From Planctomycetota bacterium (lineage in GTDB: Bacteria; Planctomycetota; UBA1135; UBA2386), in contig OZ245006.1 of the NCBI GenBank assembly GCA_965223545.1, forward strand, positions 4,832,001 through 4,896,000: a DNA stretch of 64,000 nucleotides, in the 5' to 3' direction. A program made the position numbers and the translations under genes. This document shows positions 1-8,875 of the stretch, in pieces. The notes beneath the pieces were generated by a model. It ran no database searches. It worked only from the letters and a program-made list of their open reading frames with translations, and was not told where the DNA came from. Each line of letters begins with the position of its first letter. Position 1 is the first letter of the stretch.

Positions 1-174
1 GCCGTAAGTACCTCCCTGGACATGCACCACGCCGCCCGCTGGGGCGGCGTCGATGGCAGCCTGCAGGTCGGTGAACTGGCCGGACCCCGACGGGTTGACG
101 GTGATCTGGGCGGCGAGAGGCGTGGCGAGCGCCCAGGCCAGGGCGCGGAGACAAGCTTGGGGGTCGATCAACAC
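1..174 (-). CDS. Secreted protein, N-terminal part (pectinesterase/beta-helix-type start); runs off window edge
   Basis: Not in the ORF track. Manual translation from GTG at 174 gives VLIDPQACLRALAWALATPLAAQITVNPSGSGQFTDLQAAIDAAPAGGVVHVQGGTYG: signal peptide plus G-x-F-x-x-LQ-x-AIDAA...GTY motif. AGGA RBS upstream. Similar start to the 29586..30761 protein. Confidence 0.75.
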   Translation of the reverse strand, partial: MLIDPQACLRALAWALATPLAAQITVNPSGSGQFTDLQAAIDAAPAGGVVHVQGGTYG

Positions 175-323
175 GTTCGTGGTCCTTCTGGAACTGGTGG
201 GCGGTCGTGACACCGCGGTTTCTCACCCGAACCGAGACGATAGCACATTCGAGATCGGTCGTTGCCTGGCCTGAAACGCGCCGCAACCGGACAATCACAG
301 GAATCTGAAGGCACGCGGTTCCG

Positions 324-1080
324 TCACCGAGCGACGGTGATCATCCGCGTGCTCTGCTCGTCGAACACCTCGCCGTCGCCGCCGAAGCCCGCGACGCTGT
401 CGAAGCCGGCGGCGAGCAGCCAATCGCGAAGCTCGGTGAAGGTGAAGTGACGCATGGAGAACTCGCTCCACCGGCGGTCCGCGCCGCGCGCGATCAGCCG
501 CCGGTGCCACGTGCGCTCGGTGAGCGGGTCGAATCGGTTGAAGTCGAGCATCACGGCGCCGTCGCGTTCCACCGCCGTGTGCGGCTCGAACTGTTCGAGC
601 AAGCGGGAGCGGTTGAGCACCTCGAGCAGCAAGCGGCCGCCGTCGCGCAGCGCCCGCCGCACGCGGTGCAAGATGTCGCGCAGCACGTCGTCCTCGAAGA
701 GGCCGAACGTCGTGAACCAGCACACCACGGCGTCGAACTGTTCGGGTGTGTCGAGTTGCCGCATGTCGCCGCGGCGCCAGTCGACTTGGACCGCGGCCCC
801 GCGCCCGCTCGGCGGCCAAGGCGAGCAGCTCTTCGCTCTGGTCCATGCCGCTCACCGAGGCGCCGCCGCGCGCCAGCTCGATCGCCACGCGGCCGTAGCC
901 GCAACCCAGGTCGAGCACCGATTCGCCAGGGCGTAGACCGAGCAAGTGGGCAATCAGCGCGGCGTCGTCGCGGCTATCCTCCGGGCTCACCCGCGCGGCG
1001 TCGAAGAACGCGTAGTCGGCGTCGAAGAGCCGGTCGAGCTGCGGTGTGCCGCGATCCTCGTCGCCGGCCGGGTCGCTCAC
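324..1080 (-). pseudogene. Class I SAM-dependent methyltransferase, split by a +1 frameshift near 797-800
   Basis: VLDLGCGYGR motif I lies in the 295..1209 frame; VDWRRGDMRQL...FDAVVCWFTTFG lies in the 324..764 frame. Removing one base from the C4 run at 797-800 joins them. GTG start at 1080 overlaps the upstream TGA. Confidence 0.8.
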
Positions 1081-1577
1081 ACGCGCACTCCCGCCGCGCG
1101 ACACCGTTCGACCAAGAATGCGCACGCGTCCGGTGGTGCGGCCGGCGCCGGAAAGAAGACGCTCGCCATCGAGACGATCTCCAGCAGCCAGACGTCGGAG
1201 TAGCGCCACAGCCGCCTGAACTCGCCCCAGTGATAGCGGCTGGTGGCGTGGTCGAGCTCGATGTGGATCGCCTCGTCATCGAGGCGATAGCACACCTCCA
1301 TACTCGGCGACTGCTTGACCCACAGCTGGTAGGTGCGCTCGACCCCGCCGCGAAACGCCGCCAGCAGCCGCGCGCTGACGATGCCGAGGCCGGCCGCCAT
1401 GATCGTCATCGCCAACAGCGTGGGGCGATTGTCCATGACCACGATCACCACGACCGCGAAGGTGGCGATCAACACCGCGAACATCAGCGCCGCGCGCCAG
1501 ATGAAGTCCCGGCGCAGCCCGGCGGCGATGAAGTCCCGGTCGAAGCGAAAGCGGATCTCGTGCACGGACCGCATCAT
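1077..1577 (-). CDS. YcxB-like membrane protein
   Basis: Two TM helices followed by a domain resembling the YcxB C-terminus (LDDEAIHIE...SRYHWGEFRRLW...VFFP). Confidence 0.65.
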   Translation of the reverse strand: MMRSVHEIRFRFDRDFIAAGLRRDFIWRAALMFAVLIATFAVVVIVVMDNRPTLLAMTIMAAGLGIVSARLLAAFRGGVERTYQLWVKQSPSMEVCYRLDDEAIHIELDHATSRYHWGEFRRLWRYSDVWLLEIVSMASVFFPAPAAPPDACAFLVERCRAAGVRV

Positions 1578-1659
1578 AGGCAAGAGCCCGGCTGCCCGCC
1601 GGCCTCCGCAAAACCGATGGCGGACTTGTGGTTTGTCCGTCCGCGGGTACGCAGGAGCC

Positions 1660-2982
1660 ATGCGCAGCACGGCACGGGTGGTCTGGGTTTCGCTGGCGGC
1701 TTGGGCGCTGGCGAGCGGCGGTTTCGGCCAGCAGCACTTCGACGCGTCGGACTTCGAAGTCTTGTTCGACGGTGCGTCGCTGGACGGTTGGGTGACGACC
1801 GGCGGCCGCTACGACGGCCAGGCGGTGTGGTCGGTCGAGGATGGTGCCATCGTCGGGCGACAGGGCCCGGACGGCGAGGGTGGCCTGCTCTACACGGAGC
1901 GCGCCTACGCGAACTTCATCTTCGTCTGCGACGTCTGGCTCACCTATCCGTTCGACTCGGGCGTGTTCGTGCGCATGGTGCCGCGCGGAGGCGGCAAGGG
2001 CGCGCAGATCACGCTCGACTATCGCGACGACGGCGAGGTCGGCGCGGTGTACTCCGACGGCTTTCTGCAGCACAACGAGGCGGCCAAGGCGCTGTTTCGG
2101 CGCGACGCCTGGAATCGCGTCGAAGTGCGCTGCGTGGGTTCGGATCTGCGCTTGCAGGCGTGGTTGAACGGGGAGCAGATCACCGATTTCGCGCTCCCCG
2201 AGGCCGGCGACGAGTACGCGCCGCGGGGCTTGATCGGCATCCAGGTGCACGGCGGCGGCGGCGAGGACCCCAAGGCCGGCATGGCCAAGTTTCGCAACCT
2301 GGCGATCCGGCCGCTGCCGGACTTCGATCCGTCCCTGTTCCGTTGTGACGACGAGGGCGCGCTGACGCCGACCGAGGCCGCGATCGGCGCCGGGTGGCGG
2401 CCGCTGTTCGACCCGGAGCAACCGTTCGAATGGGAGCCGGTCGGCGAGCCGCGTGGTTTCGCCATCGACGGCGACCAGCTCGCGTTCACCGGCTCGTCCG
2501 GCTACCTGCGCACGCGCAAGGACTACCGGGACTTCGAGCTGCGGATGGACTTCAAGCTCGCGCGCATGGCCAACAGCGGCCTGTTCTTGCGCGGTGACCG
2601 CAAGGGAGGCGACGCGGCGCAGAGTGGCTGTGAGGTGCAGATCCTCGACGATTTCAACTGGGAAGCGGAGACCGGCTCCGAGCTCAAACCCTGGCAGTTC
2701 ACCGGCTCGCTCTACCACTCGGTGGCGCCCGGGGTGCGAGCGCTGCATCCGATCGGCAGCTGGAACACTTACGACGTGCGCTTCGTCGGCTCGCGCCTTG
2801 CCGTCCGGCTCAACGGCCAATTGCTGTATGACGTCGACACCGAGACGGTGCCGACGCACGGCTGGCCGCCGTTCGCCGAGCGCGCTCCGCGCGGCTTCAT
2901 CGGCCTGCAGCGGCACGCGCACGGTGGCGGAGCGGAGCACCCCTACGTCTGGTTCCGCAACCTCTTCATTCGCGAGCTGTAG
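1660..2982 (+). CDS. Secreted tandem DUF1080 (3-keto-disaccharide hydrolase-like) protein
   Basis: AGGAG RBS; signal peptide; two repeats of LF(D/N)G..L.GW / NSG(V/L)F.R / G.IG(I/L)Q.H / FRNL.IR. Confidence 0.9.
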   Translation: MRSTARVVWVSLAAWALASGGFGQQHFDASDFEVLFDGASLDGWVTTGGRYDGQAVWSVEDGAIVGRQGPDGEGGLLYTERAYANFIFVCDVWLTYPFDSGVFVRMVPRGGGKGAQITLDYRDDGEVGAVYSDGFLQHNEAAKALFRRDAWNRVEVRCVGSDLRLQAWLNGEQITDFALPEAGDEYAPRGLIGIQVHGGGGEDPKAGMAKFRNLAIRPLPDFDPSLFRCDDEGALTPTEAAIGAGWRPLFDPEQPFEWEPVGEPRGFAIDGDQLAFTGSSGYLRTRKDYRDFELRMDFKLARMANSGLFLRGDRKGGDAAQSGCEVQILDDFNWEAETGSELKPWQFTGSLYHSVAPGVRALHPIGSWNTYDVRFVGSRLAVRLNGQLLYDVDTETVPTHGWPPFAERAPRGFIGLQRHAHGGGAEHPYVWFRNLFIREL

Positions 2983-3436
2983 CTTCCGCCGCCGGCGGTT
3001 CGCGGTGGTCGCGCTCGGGCAGCGCTTCGAGCGTGTAGGCCGCCAGGCGTTTTCGCCAGTGGGGCGGGATCGGTTGCTTGCTCATGTGATCGAGATCGAC
3101 CGAGACGGTGGTGATCGCCGCCCGGCAGGCCAGCTCGCCGCTGGCGAGCGTCATCCAGAAGCCGAGCTTCACCGAGGTCGTGCCCAGCCGCAGCACGCCG
3201 AGCGCGATCTGCGGCTCGTCGCCGTAGCGGATCGGCCGAAAGAAGTCGGCTTGGATGTTGATGGCCGGCAAGCCAAAGCGCTCTTCGTCGATGACCGCGG
3301 GGTAGCTCTTGCCGAGTCCGTCGGCCCACCAGTCCTCGAAGGCGCAGTGGAAGTAGTGCAGGAGGGACGGGTAGTAGGCGATGCCGGCGTGGTCGATGTC
3401 GCCGAATCGGTAGCGGTAGCGCTTGCGGAAGATCAT
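2966..3436 (-). CDS. Acyl-CoA thioesterase (4HBT/YbgC hotdog family)
   Basis: RFGDIDHAGIAYYP motif; ADFFRPIRYGD. Confidence 0.9.
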   Translation of the reverse strand: MIFRKRYRYRFGDIDHAGIAYYPSLLHYFHCAFEDWWADGLGKSYPAVIDEERFGLPAINIQADFFRPIRYGDEPQIALGVLRLGTTSVKLGFWMTLASGELACRAAITTVSVDLDHMSKQPIPPHWRKRLAAYTLEALPERDHREPPAAEATARE

Positions 3437-3625
3437 GGATCGCTGTGGGCCAGTTGCGGAGCCGGCAGATCTTCGCATGGGTCGGGGGTCGCGGTCAGCT
3501 CCGGCCAGTGACGCGGCCGGCCCGATCCGACGCCGGTTCAACTCCGGCCCCCGCGTTGGCCGATCTTGGAGAGTGTCGGTTCTCGCCACAGTCGGCGCCC
3601 GGCACTGCCTCCCCCTCCGCCAAGC

Positions 3626-5212
3626 ATGCAGTCCCGTTCCGCAGTCTGGTTGTTCGCCGTGCTGCTGGCCACGTTCGTGGTCTATGCGCCGTCGCTGACC
3701 AACGACTTCACTTGGGACGATCGGTGGGCGGCGATGGGCGACAACGGCAAGGCGACGCACCCGCTGGTGGCGGAGCTGCGGCCTTTGCGCGAGTACTTCG
3801 AGAACCACTACTGGCCGCACCGGACGCCGGTGTCGTACACCTATCGGCCGGTGACGACGCTCAGCTTCGCGCTGCGCCACGCCCTTGTCGGTGACGATCC
3901 GGTGGTCGCGCACCTGCTCAACGTGCTGCTGCACGTCGGTTGTGCGCTGCTGTTGTTCGTCGCGTTGCGGCGGTTGTCGTTGTCGGCGGGGGCGGCGTGT
4001 TTCGGCACCGCGGTGTTCGGTCTGCATGCCCTGCACAGCGAGGCGGTCGCCAACCTCGTCGGGCGGGCCGAGCTGCTCGGTTTCGGTTTCGGCATGGCTG
4101 CCACGCTCGTGCTCGAGACGGCACTGCAGCTCCGCGGCGGGGCGCGGGCGTGGCGCGCGGTGCTCGCTGCGGTGCTGTTCGCGGTGGCGTTCTTCTCCAA
4201 GGAGAGCGCGCTCGCGTGGGTCGGGTTCGCGCCGCTGTTCGCTTGGGCGGCGCGGGTGCGGCGGCGCCAGCGCGGCGTCGGCCGGTGGCAAGAGGTGGTC
4301 GGAGTGATGGCGGTGACGTTGCTGCCCGCGCTCGTCTACCTGGCCTTGCGCGTGCACGCGCAGGCGCGGATGCCCGGCGTCGTCGATCCCTCGATCGGCT
4401 TCTTGGAGAACCCTCTGCTCGACGCCGATGCCGCCTCGCGCGTGCTCACCGGGTTGCTGACTTGGGGCTACGGCCTGTGGTTGGTGGTGGCGCCGTTCGG
4501 GTTGGCCGCGGACTACGGCCCGGCGATGCTGCCGGTGGTGTCGGGTTGGCAGGACGGGTGGGCCATCGTGTCGGTGACGGTCGGGCTCTTGGTGGGCGTG
4601 GCGGTGATTGCCGCGTTGTGGAATGCGCGCCGCGCACCCCTCGCCCTTCTCGCCGTGGCGGCGTTTTGCGGATTCAGCTTCATCGTCACCAACATCCCGT
4701 TCCCGGTCTTCATGATGTTCGCCGAGCGCACCTACTTCATGCCGAGCATGGCGGTGGCGTTCGCGGTCGCCGCGATCGCCGACATGCTCGAGCGGCGGCG
4801 GAGGTCACCGTGGCGGCCCATCGCCGCCGGTGTGTGCGCGGCCTGGCTCGCGGCGTCTGCGTTGCACGCCGGGCAGCGGTGCACGGTGTGGAAGGACGAC
4901 GAGACCTTGGTGCGGCGCGAAGTCCTGCGCCACCCCGAGTCGGTGCGCATGCAGTTGTGTGCCGGCGCGCTTTGGTGGGATCGCGGAGACGCGACCGGTG
5001 CGCGCCGCTACTTCGAGGCGGCGGCCCGCCTCGATCCGGACTCGGCCGACGCGTGGTGCGAGGTAGCCCGCGCGTGCGTCGAGCAAGGCGATCACCAGGC
5101 CGCCGCGCGTGCTCTGCAGCAGGCCCGCGCTGGGCGTCCCCGCGAGGCGATGGCGCGCCGGGCGGAGATCGACGCGTTGGCGGCCCGCCTCGAGGCGGCG
5201 TCACCCCGGTAG
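3626..5212 (+). CDS. TMTC-like GT-C membrane glycosyltransferase (DUF1736) with C-terminal TPRs
   Basis: FTWDD, YRPVT, H.LH.EAVANLVGRAELL, KESAL, ENPL, LAADY, AERTYFMPS, WKDDETL motifs; multiple TM helices; TPR tail. Confidence 0.85.
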   Translation: MQSRSAVWLFAVLLATFVVYAPSLTNDFTWDDRWAAMGDNGKATHPLVAELRPLREYFENHYWPHRTPVSYTYRPVTTLSFALRHALVGDDPVVAHLLNVLLHVGCALLLFVALRRLSLSAGAACFGTAVFGLHALHSEAVANLVGRAELLGFGFGMAATLVLETALQLRGGARAWRAVLAAVLFAVAFFSKESALAWVGFAPLFAWAARVRRRQRGVGRWQEVVGVMAVTLLPALVYLALRVHAQARMPGVVDPSIGFLENPLLDADAASRVLTGLLTWGYGLWLVVAPFGLAADYGPAMLPVVSGWQDGWAIVSVTVGLLVGVAVIAALWNARRAPLALLAVAAFCGFSFIVTNIPFPVFMMFAERTYFMPSMAVAFAVAAIADMLERRRRSPWRPIAAGVCAAWLAASALHAGQRCTVWKDDETLVRREVLRHPESVRMQLCAGALWWDRGDATGARRYFEAAARLDPDSADAWCEVARACVEQGDHQAAARALQQARAGRPREAMARRAEIDALAARLEAASPR

Positions 5213-5222
5213 CGCGCCGTCG

Positions 5223-6494
5223 TCAGGGCTTGCGCAGTAGCGCGATCCGGTTGCTGTTGGTGCCCTTGCGGTTGTTGTCGACGCCCCAGCAGTTGGCGGT
5301 CTTGGTGAACTCCTGAGCGTTGATCAGCACCAGTACCGGTTCCAGCCCCGCCTCGACCGCGATCGGCAGGACCGTCTCCTCGAGACGGATCTTGCCGTTG
5401 CGAACTTCGCCCACCTCGAACGCGACGTGGCCGCCCGGCGACAGCACACGCGCCAGCTCGACGAAGACGGCCGCCATCGCTGCGCGCCAGCGGTCCAGCG
5501 CGCCGTAGATCGGAATGCCGACCTCGGCGGCATCGATGCCGCAGAACCAGCAGCGCAGCCAGTTGTCGTTCGCGTACTGGACGATGTCGAGAAACGGCGG
5601 CGAAGTCACGACCAGCTGCACCGAGCCGTCGGCTTGTTGTGGCGTCGAAGTGCAGTCGCCGGTCCACAGCCTGGCTTGCGGTCCGCGGCGGCGGAGGCAG
5701 GCGCGCTCCTCGGCGGTGCAACGGTTCAGCAAGGTCTTGGTCTTGCGCGCGATCAGTGCCGGCACCGACCTTCGCGGTGGAACTTGCTGGCGCTTGGCGT
5801 TGATCTTGCGCTGGGACGCGACCGACGTCGCCTGGTTGGGCGGCAGGGTGTAGACCGAGAAGAAGCCCCCCGAGTGCCCGGTCAGCCGATTGAGCGCGAC
5901 CATGCGCACCCAGGCGTCGACGTCGTCGAGGGTCCCGTCGGCTTCGCGCTGCAGCAGGATCGCGCGCAGGTTGACGATCTCGGTCAGCGTCTCCGGGTGG
6001 AAGAACACCAGCAGGTCGTCCGGGTGCTCGGCCCGTCCGGTCAACGTGTACTCGGCCAAGCGTCGCTCGACCTGGGCCAGCGACGGCGGGGCCAGGCGTG
6101 GCGCGGCCATGATCCTGCTCAGCGGGTTGATGTCGATGCCGCGAGGGCGCCGGTCGAGCAGAGCGGTTTCGAGCACCGTCGTGCCGCGACCCATGAACGG
6201 GTCGAAGACGACGTCGCCGGGTCGGGTCAGGCGTTCGATGAAGAAGCGCGGCAGCTGCGGCTTGAAGCAGGCGCGGTAGGAGATCTCGTGCAGGCTGCAG
6301 GCCGCGCGCTGCTTGGCGGTCCAGAACTCGTTGGTGTAGACGGCGGTCGGCGGTGCTCCTTCGACCGCCAGCTGCTCGGCCCGCGTCGTCGAGCCGAACT
6401 CGTCGAAGCGCAGGAGCTCGGTCCGCAGCGCGTCGGTGGCGTCTCTCGCTCGTGCGCGGCCCCGCGGTCGCTCGGGAAACGGCAGCAGCTGCAT
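5223..6494 (-). CDS. Orphan amino-DNA methyltransferase (N4-cytosine type likely)
   Basis: Motif I DPFMGRGTT precedes motif IV VTSPPF; no adjacent endonuclease; start codon approximate. Confidence 0.85.
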   Translation of the reverse strand: MQLLPFPERPRGRARARDATDALRTELLRFDEFGSTTRAEQLAVEGAPPTAVYTNEFWTAKQRAACSLHEISYRACFKPQLPRFFIERLTRPGDVVFDPFMGRGTTVLETALLDRRPRGIDINPLSRIMAAPRLAPPSLAQVERRLAEYTLTGRAEHPDDLLVFFHPETLTEIVNLRAILLQREADGTLDDVDAWVRMVALNRLTGHSGGFFSVYTLPPNQATSVASQRKINAKRQQVPPRRSVPALIARKTKTLLNRCTAEERACLRRRGPQARLWTGDCTSTPQQADGSVQLVVTSPPFLDIVQYANDNWLRCWFCGIDAAEVGIPIYGALDRWRAAMAAVFVELARVLSPGGHVAFEVGEVRNGKIRLEETVLPIAVEAGLEPVLVLINAQEFTKTANCWGVDNNRKGTNSNRIALLRKP

Positions 6495-6560
6495 GCTCAC
6501 ACGTTCTCGCCGGCGGACGCGCATTGCAACTCTCCGTGTGCGGCGGCTACTTTGCTGGCC

Positions 6561-7022
6561 GTGTCGCGCAAGGTCGTGTTCCGCGCCAACGTCGGCGCCG
6601 TGTTGGTCGATCGGCGCGGGCTGGTGTTGGCCCTCGAACGCGCGGATGTGCCGGGCGCGTGGCAGCTGCCGCAGGGCGGACTCGACCCCGGCGAAGAAGC
6701 GGTGGACGGGGCTCTGCGCGAGCTGGCGGAGGAGACCGGCATCGACCCGCGCGCGGTGCGCTTGCTCGACGAGTATCCCGACTGGCTGGTCTACGAGCTT
6801 CCCGAGGAGCTGCGCAACGACAAGATCGGCCGCGGACAAGCGCAGCGTTGGTTCTTGTTCGCCTGGCGCGGCGATGCCGAGATTCCGCTGGAGCGTGCGG
6901 TGGACCGGGAGTTTCGCGCCTACCGCTGGATGCCGCTGGCGGAGCTCGCCGAGAGCACAATGGAATTTCGCCGGCCGATCTACCGGCGCCTCGCCGAGCG
7001 GTTTGCGCCGCACCTGGCTTGA
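6561..7022 (+). CDS. rppH: RNA pyrophosphohydrolase-like NUDIX hydrolase
   Basis: FRANVG, WQLPQGGLDPGE...ALRELAEETGI Nudix box, GQAQRWFLF, EF..YRW, FRR.IY. Confidence 0.85.
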   Translation: MSRKVVFRANVGAVLVDRRGLVLALERADVPGAWQLPQGGLDPGEEAVDGALRELAEETGIDPRAVRLLDEYPDWLVYELPEELRNDKIGRGQAQRWFLFAWRGDAEIPLERAVDREFRAYRWMPLAELAESTMEFRRPIYRRLAERFAPHLA

Positions 7023-7125
7023 GGTCGACCGAGCCAGACGTGCCGGAATGACAGAATGACAAATCGCGTAACGTCGGACTGATCGGCGCGTCCCTTCCGT
7101 GGCCCCCCGAGTGATAGAGATCCGC

Positions 7126-8748
7126 ATGAGACACGCGTTCGCCACCGTGGCCCTGGCCCTCGCCCCGCCGGTCGCCCTCGCCGCACAGCCCAACACCATC
7201 GCCGGCCTCGACCTCGAGGTGACCTCGGTCGCCGAGCTGACCATGGCCGGACGCATGGGGGCGTTCCCCACCGGCCGCAACGGGTTGGCGATGGACGTCA
7301 CGGTCTGCAACACCGGCAGCGTGCCGGTCACCTGGCTCGAGCCGATGGACCCGCGCCACCCGTACTTCGGGTTTCTCGTCTGCCGCGAGAGCGACGGTCG
7401 CTTCGAGCAGATCTCCGACCGCAGCTTCGTCAAGCACGGCATTGGGGCGGCCAACGTCAGCGCGCCGGGGTGCGGCCCCTGTACGACGACGGGCACGGCG
7501 ACGCTCGGCCTCAACTGCTCGGACACCTATCGGGTGCGCGCGAACAGCGACCGGTTCCAGCTCGGCCCCGCCGATGAGATCGACCCGTGGCTGGTGGCCT
7601 GGCAGTCGGTCGGCTCCCACTTCGACCGCGGCGAGCCCGACGTCGGACCGCCGATGAACATGGACGGAATGCGCAGTCTGTCGCGCGAGCAGGTCAACGC
7701 GATGAACCCGGTCACGCACCGGGTCGAGGTGGACGATGCGGAGCTGCTGGTCGCCGGTGCCTCGTACTTCTATGCGGCGGAAGTGCTCGTCGCCGGCGAA
7801 GCGGAGGCGCTGCGGGCCGACAACCTCGGATCGCGGCGAGTCCTGCCGAGCTTCAACGGCGTCGCCTGGGACTTCATCGAGGTCGGCGGGCTGATGCAGG
7901 GCTCGGTGCTTCACCAGTGGAGCGGGGCCAGTGTCGTGGGCGCGGCCAACGGTGCGGACGACGGTCGCGTGTATGTCGGCGTGCGCGCGATCGGGCCCGA
8001 TGCCCGCGGCCTCTGGCGCTACGAGGTCGCGGTCCACAACCGCGACAATGCGCGCGGGATCGCGAGCTTCCGCATGCCGATCTGCCCCGCGGCCCGCGTC
8101 TTCAATCCGCGGTTCCGCGACCTCGACGCGGATCCGAGCAACGATTGGGTGGTCTCCGTCTCCGGCGGAGAGATCGCGTTCTTGGCGGCCGCCAACAACG
8201 CGATCGAGTGGAACACGATCTACAACTTCGGTTTCGAGTCCGACGCCGGCCCCGGCCCGGGCTCGATCACTCTCGACCAGGCCCGGCCCGGCCCCGGAGC
8301 CGGCGCCCTGGTGATGACGCACTCGGTGCCGACCCACCTGCGCGTCGCCGACCTCGGCGGTGCGTGTGGAACCGCGCCGAGTCTGTGGCCGGCGGGCAGC
8401 CCGGCGATGCCGCTGATCCCCAATGCCACCTTCGGCATCCAGATCGACGGCGGCCAGCCCGGTGCGGGCGCAGCCCTGTTCCTGTCGGCCTCGGCCGGCA
8501 ATCTCGCGCTGTCGGGCTGCGTGCTGCGGACGGGCATGCCGGTGGCCGCCGTCCTCGGCCCGGTCGTGCTCGACCCCGCCGGCAGTGCGCTGTTCGCTCT
8601 GCCGATCCCAGCGCTCGGCGCGCTCGAGGGCGCGGACGTCTTCGTGCAGGCCCCCGTCACCGCAGCCGGTGGCCCCGCCCTCGGCGCGTTCGAGCTGAGC
8701 AACGGCCTGCAAGTGCGCATCGGCAACTTCCGCACCGGCTGCCCCTAA
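7126..8748 (+). CDS. Secreted Cys-containing hypothetical protein with shared C-terminal domain
   Basis: Signal peptide MRHAFATVALALAPPVALAAQ; GC3-biased ORF; C-terminal LPIP..L.G..V.VQ...LSNGL motif. Confidence 0.85.
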   Translation: MRHAFATVALALAPPVALAAQPNTIAGLDLEVTSVAELTMAGRMGAFPTGRNGLAMDVTVCNTGSVPVTWLEPMDPRHPYFGFLVCRESDGRFEQISDRSFVKHGIGAANVSAPGCGPCTTTGTATLGLNCSDTYRVRANSDRFQLGPADEIDPWLVAWQSVGSHFDRGEPDVGPPMNMDGMRSLSREQVNAMNPVTHRVEVDDAELLVAGASYFYAAEVLVAGEAEALRADNLGSRRVLPSFNGVAWDFIEVGGLMQGSVLHQWSGASVVGAANGADDGRVYVGVRAIGPDARGLWRYEVAVHNRDNARGIASFRMPICPAARVFNPRFRDLDADPSNDWVVSVSGGEIAFLAAANNAIEWNTIYNFGFESDAGPGPGSITLDQARPGPGAGALVMTHSVPTHLRVADLGGACGTAPSLWPAGSPAMPLIPNATFGIQIDGGQPGAGAALFLSASAGNLALSGCVLRTGMPVAAVLGPVVLDPAGSALFALPIPALGALEGADVFVQAPVTAAGGPALGAFELSNGLQVRIGNFRTGCP

Positions 8749-8755
8749 CGAGCGC

Positions 8756-8820
8756 ACGGAGAGTTTCTGGCACGACGAACGGAGTCCGGCTCGATTCTCT
8801 CGGCGCACGTACGGAGCCAG
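8756..8820. repeat. Left arm of a palindromic (REP/MITE-like) repeat interrupted by IS110
   Basis: Imperfect inverted copy at 10509..10574; 8798..8820 is the exact reverse complement of 10509..10531 (23 bp); three ACGGAG motifs per arm. Confidence 0.85.
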
Positions 8821-8866
8821 GCTCCGATTCATCACCCGGCGCCGCCGGGTGATGAATCGGAGCCTG
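8818..8866. repeat. Perfect 24-bp inverted repeat (hairpin) forming the downstream end of the IS110
   Basis: CAGGCTCCGATTCATCACCCGGCG (8818..8841), 1-nt spacer, exact reverse complement (8843..8866). Confidence 0.95.
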
Positions 8867-8875
8867 ACCTGAAAC

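Noticed and set aside
5223..6494. Restriction-modification system
   Set aside because: No endonuclease or specificity gene adjacent to the methyltransferase.
7046..7061. GAATGACA direct repeat upstream of the secreted protein gene
   Set aside because: Only 2 x 8 bp; could be a regulator site but nothing supports it.
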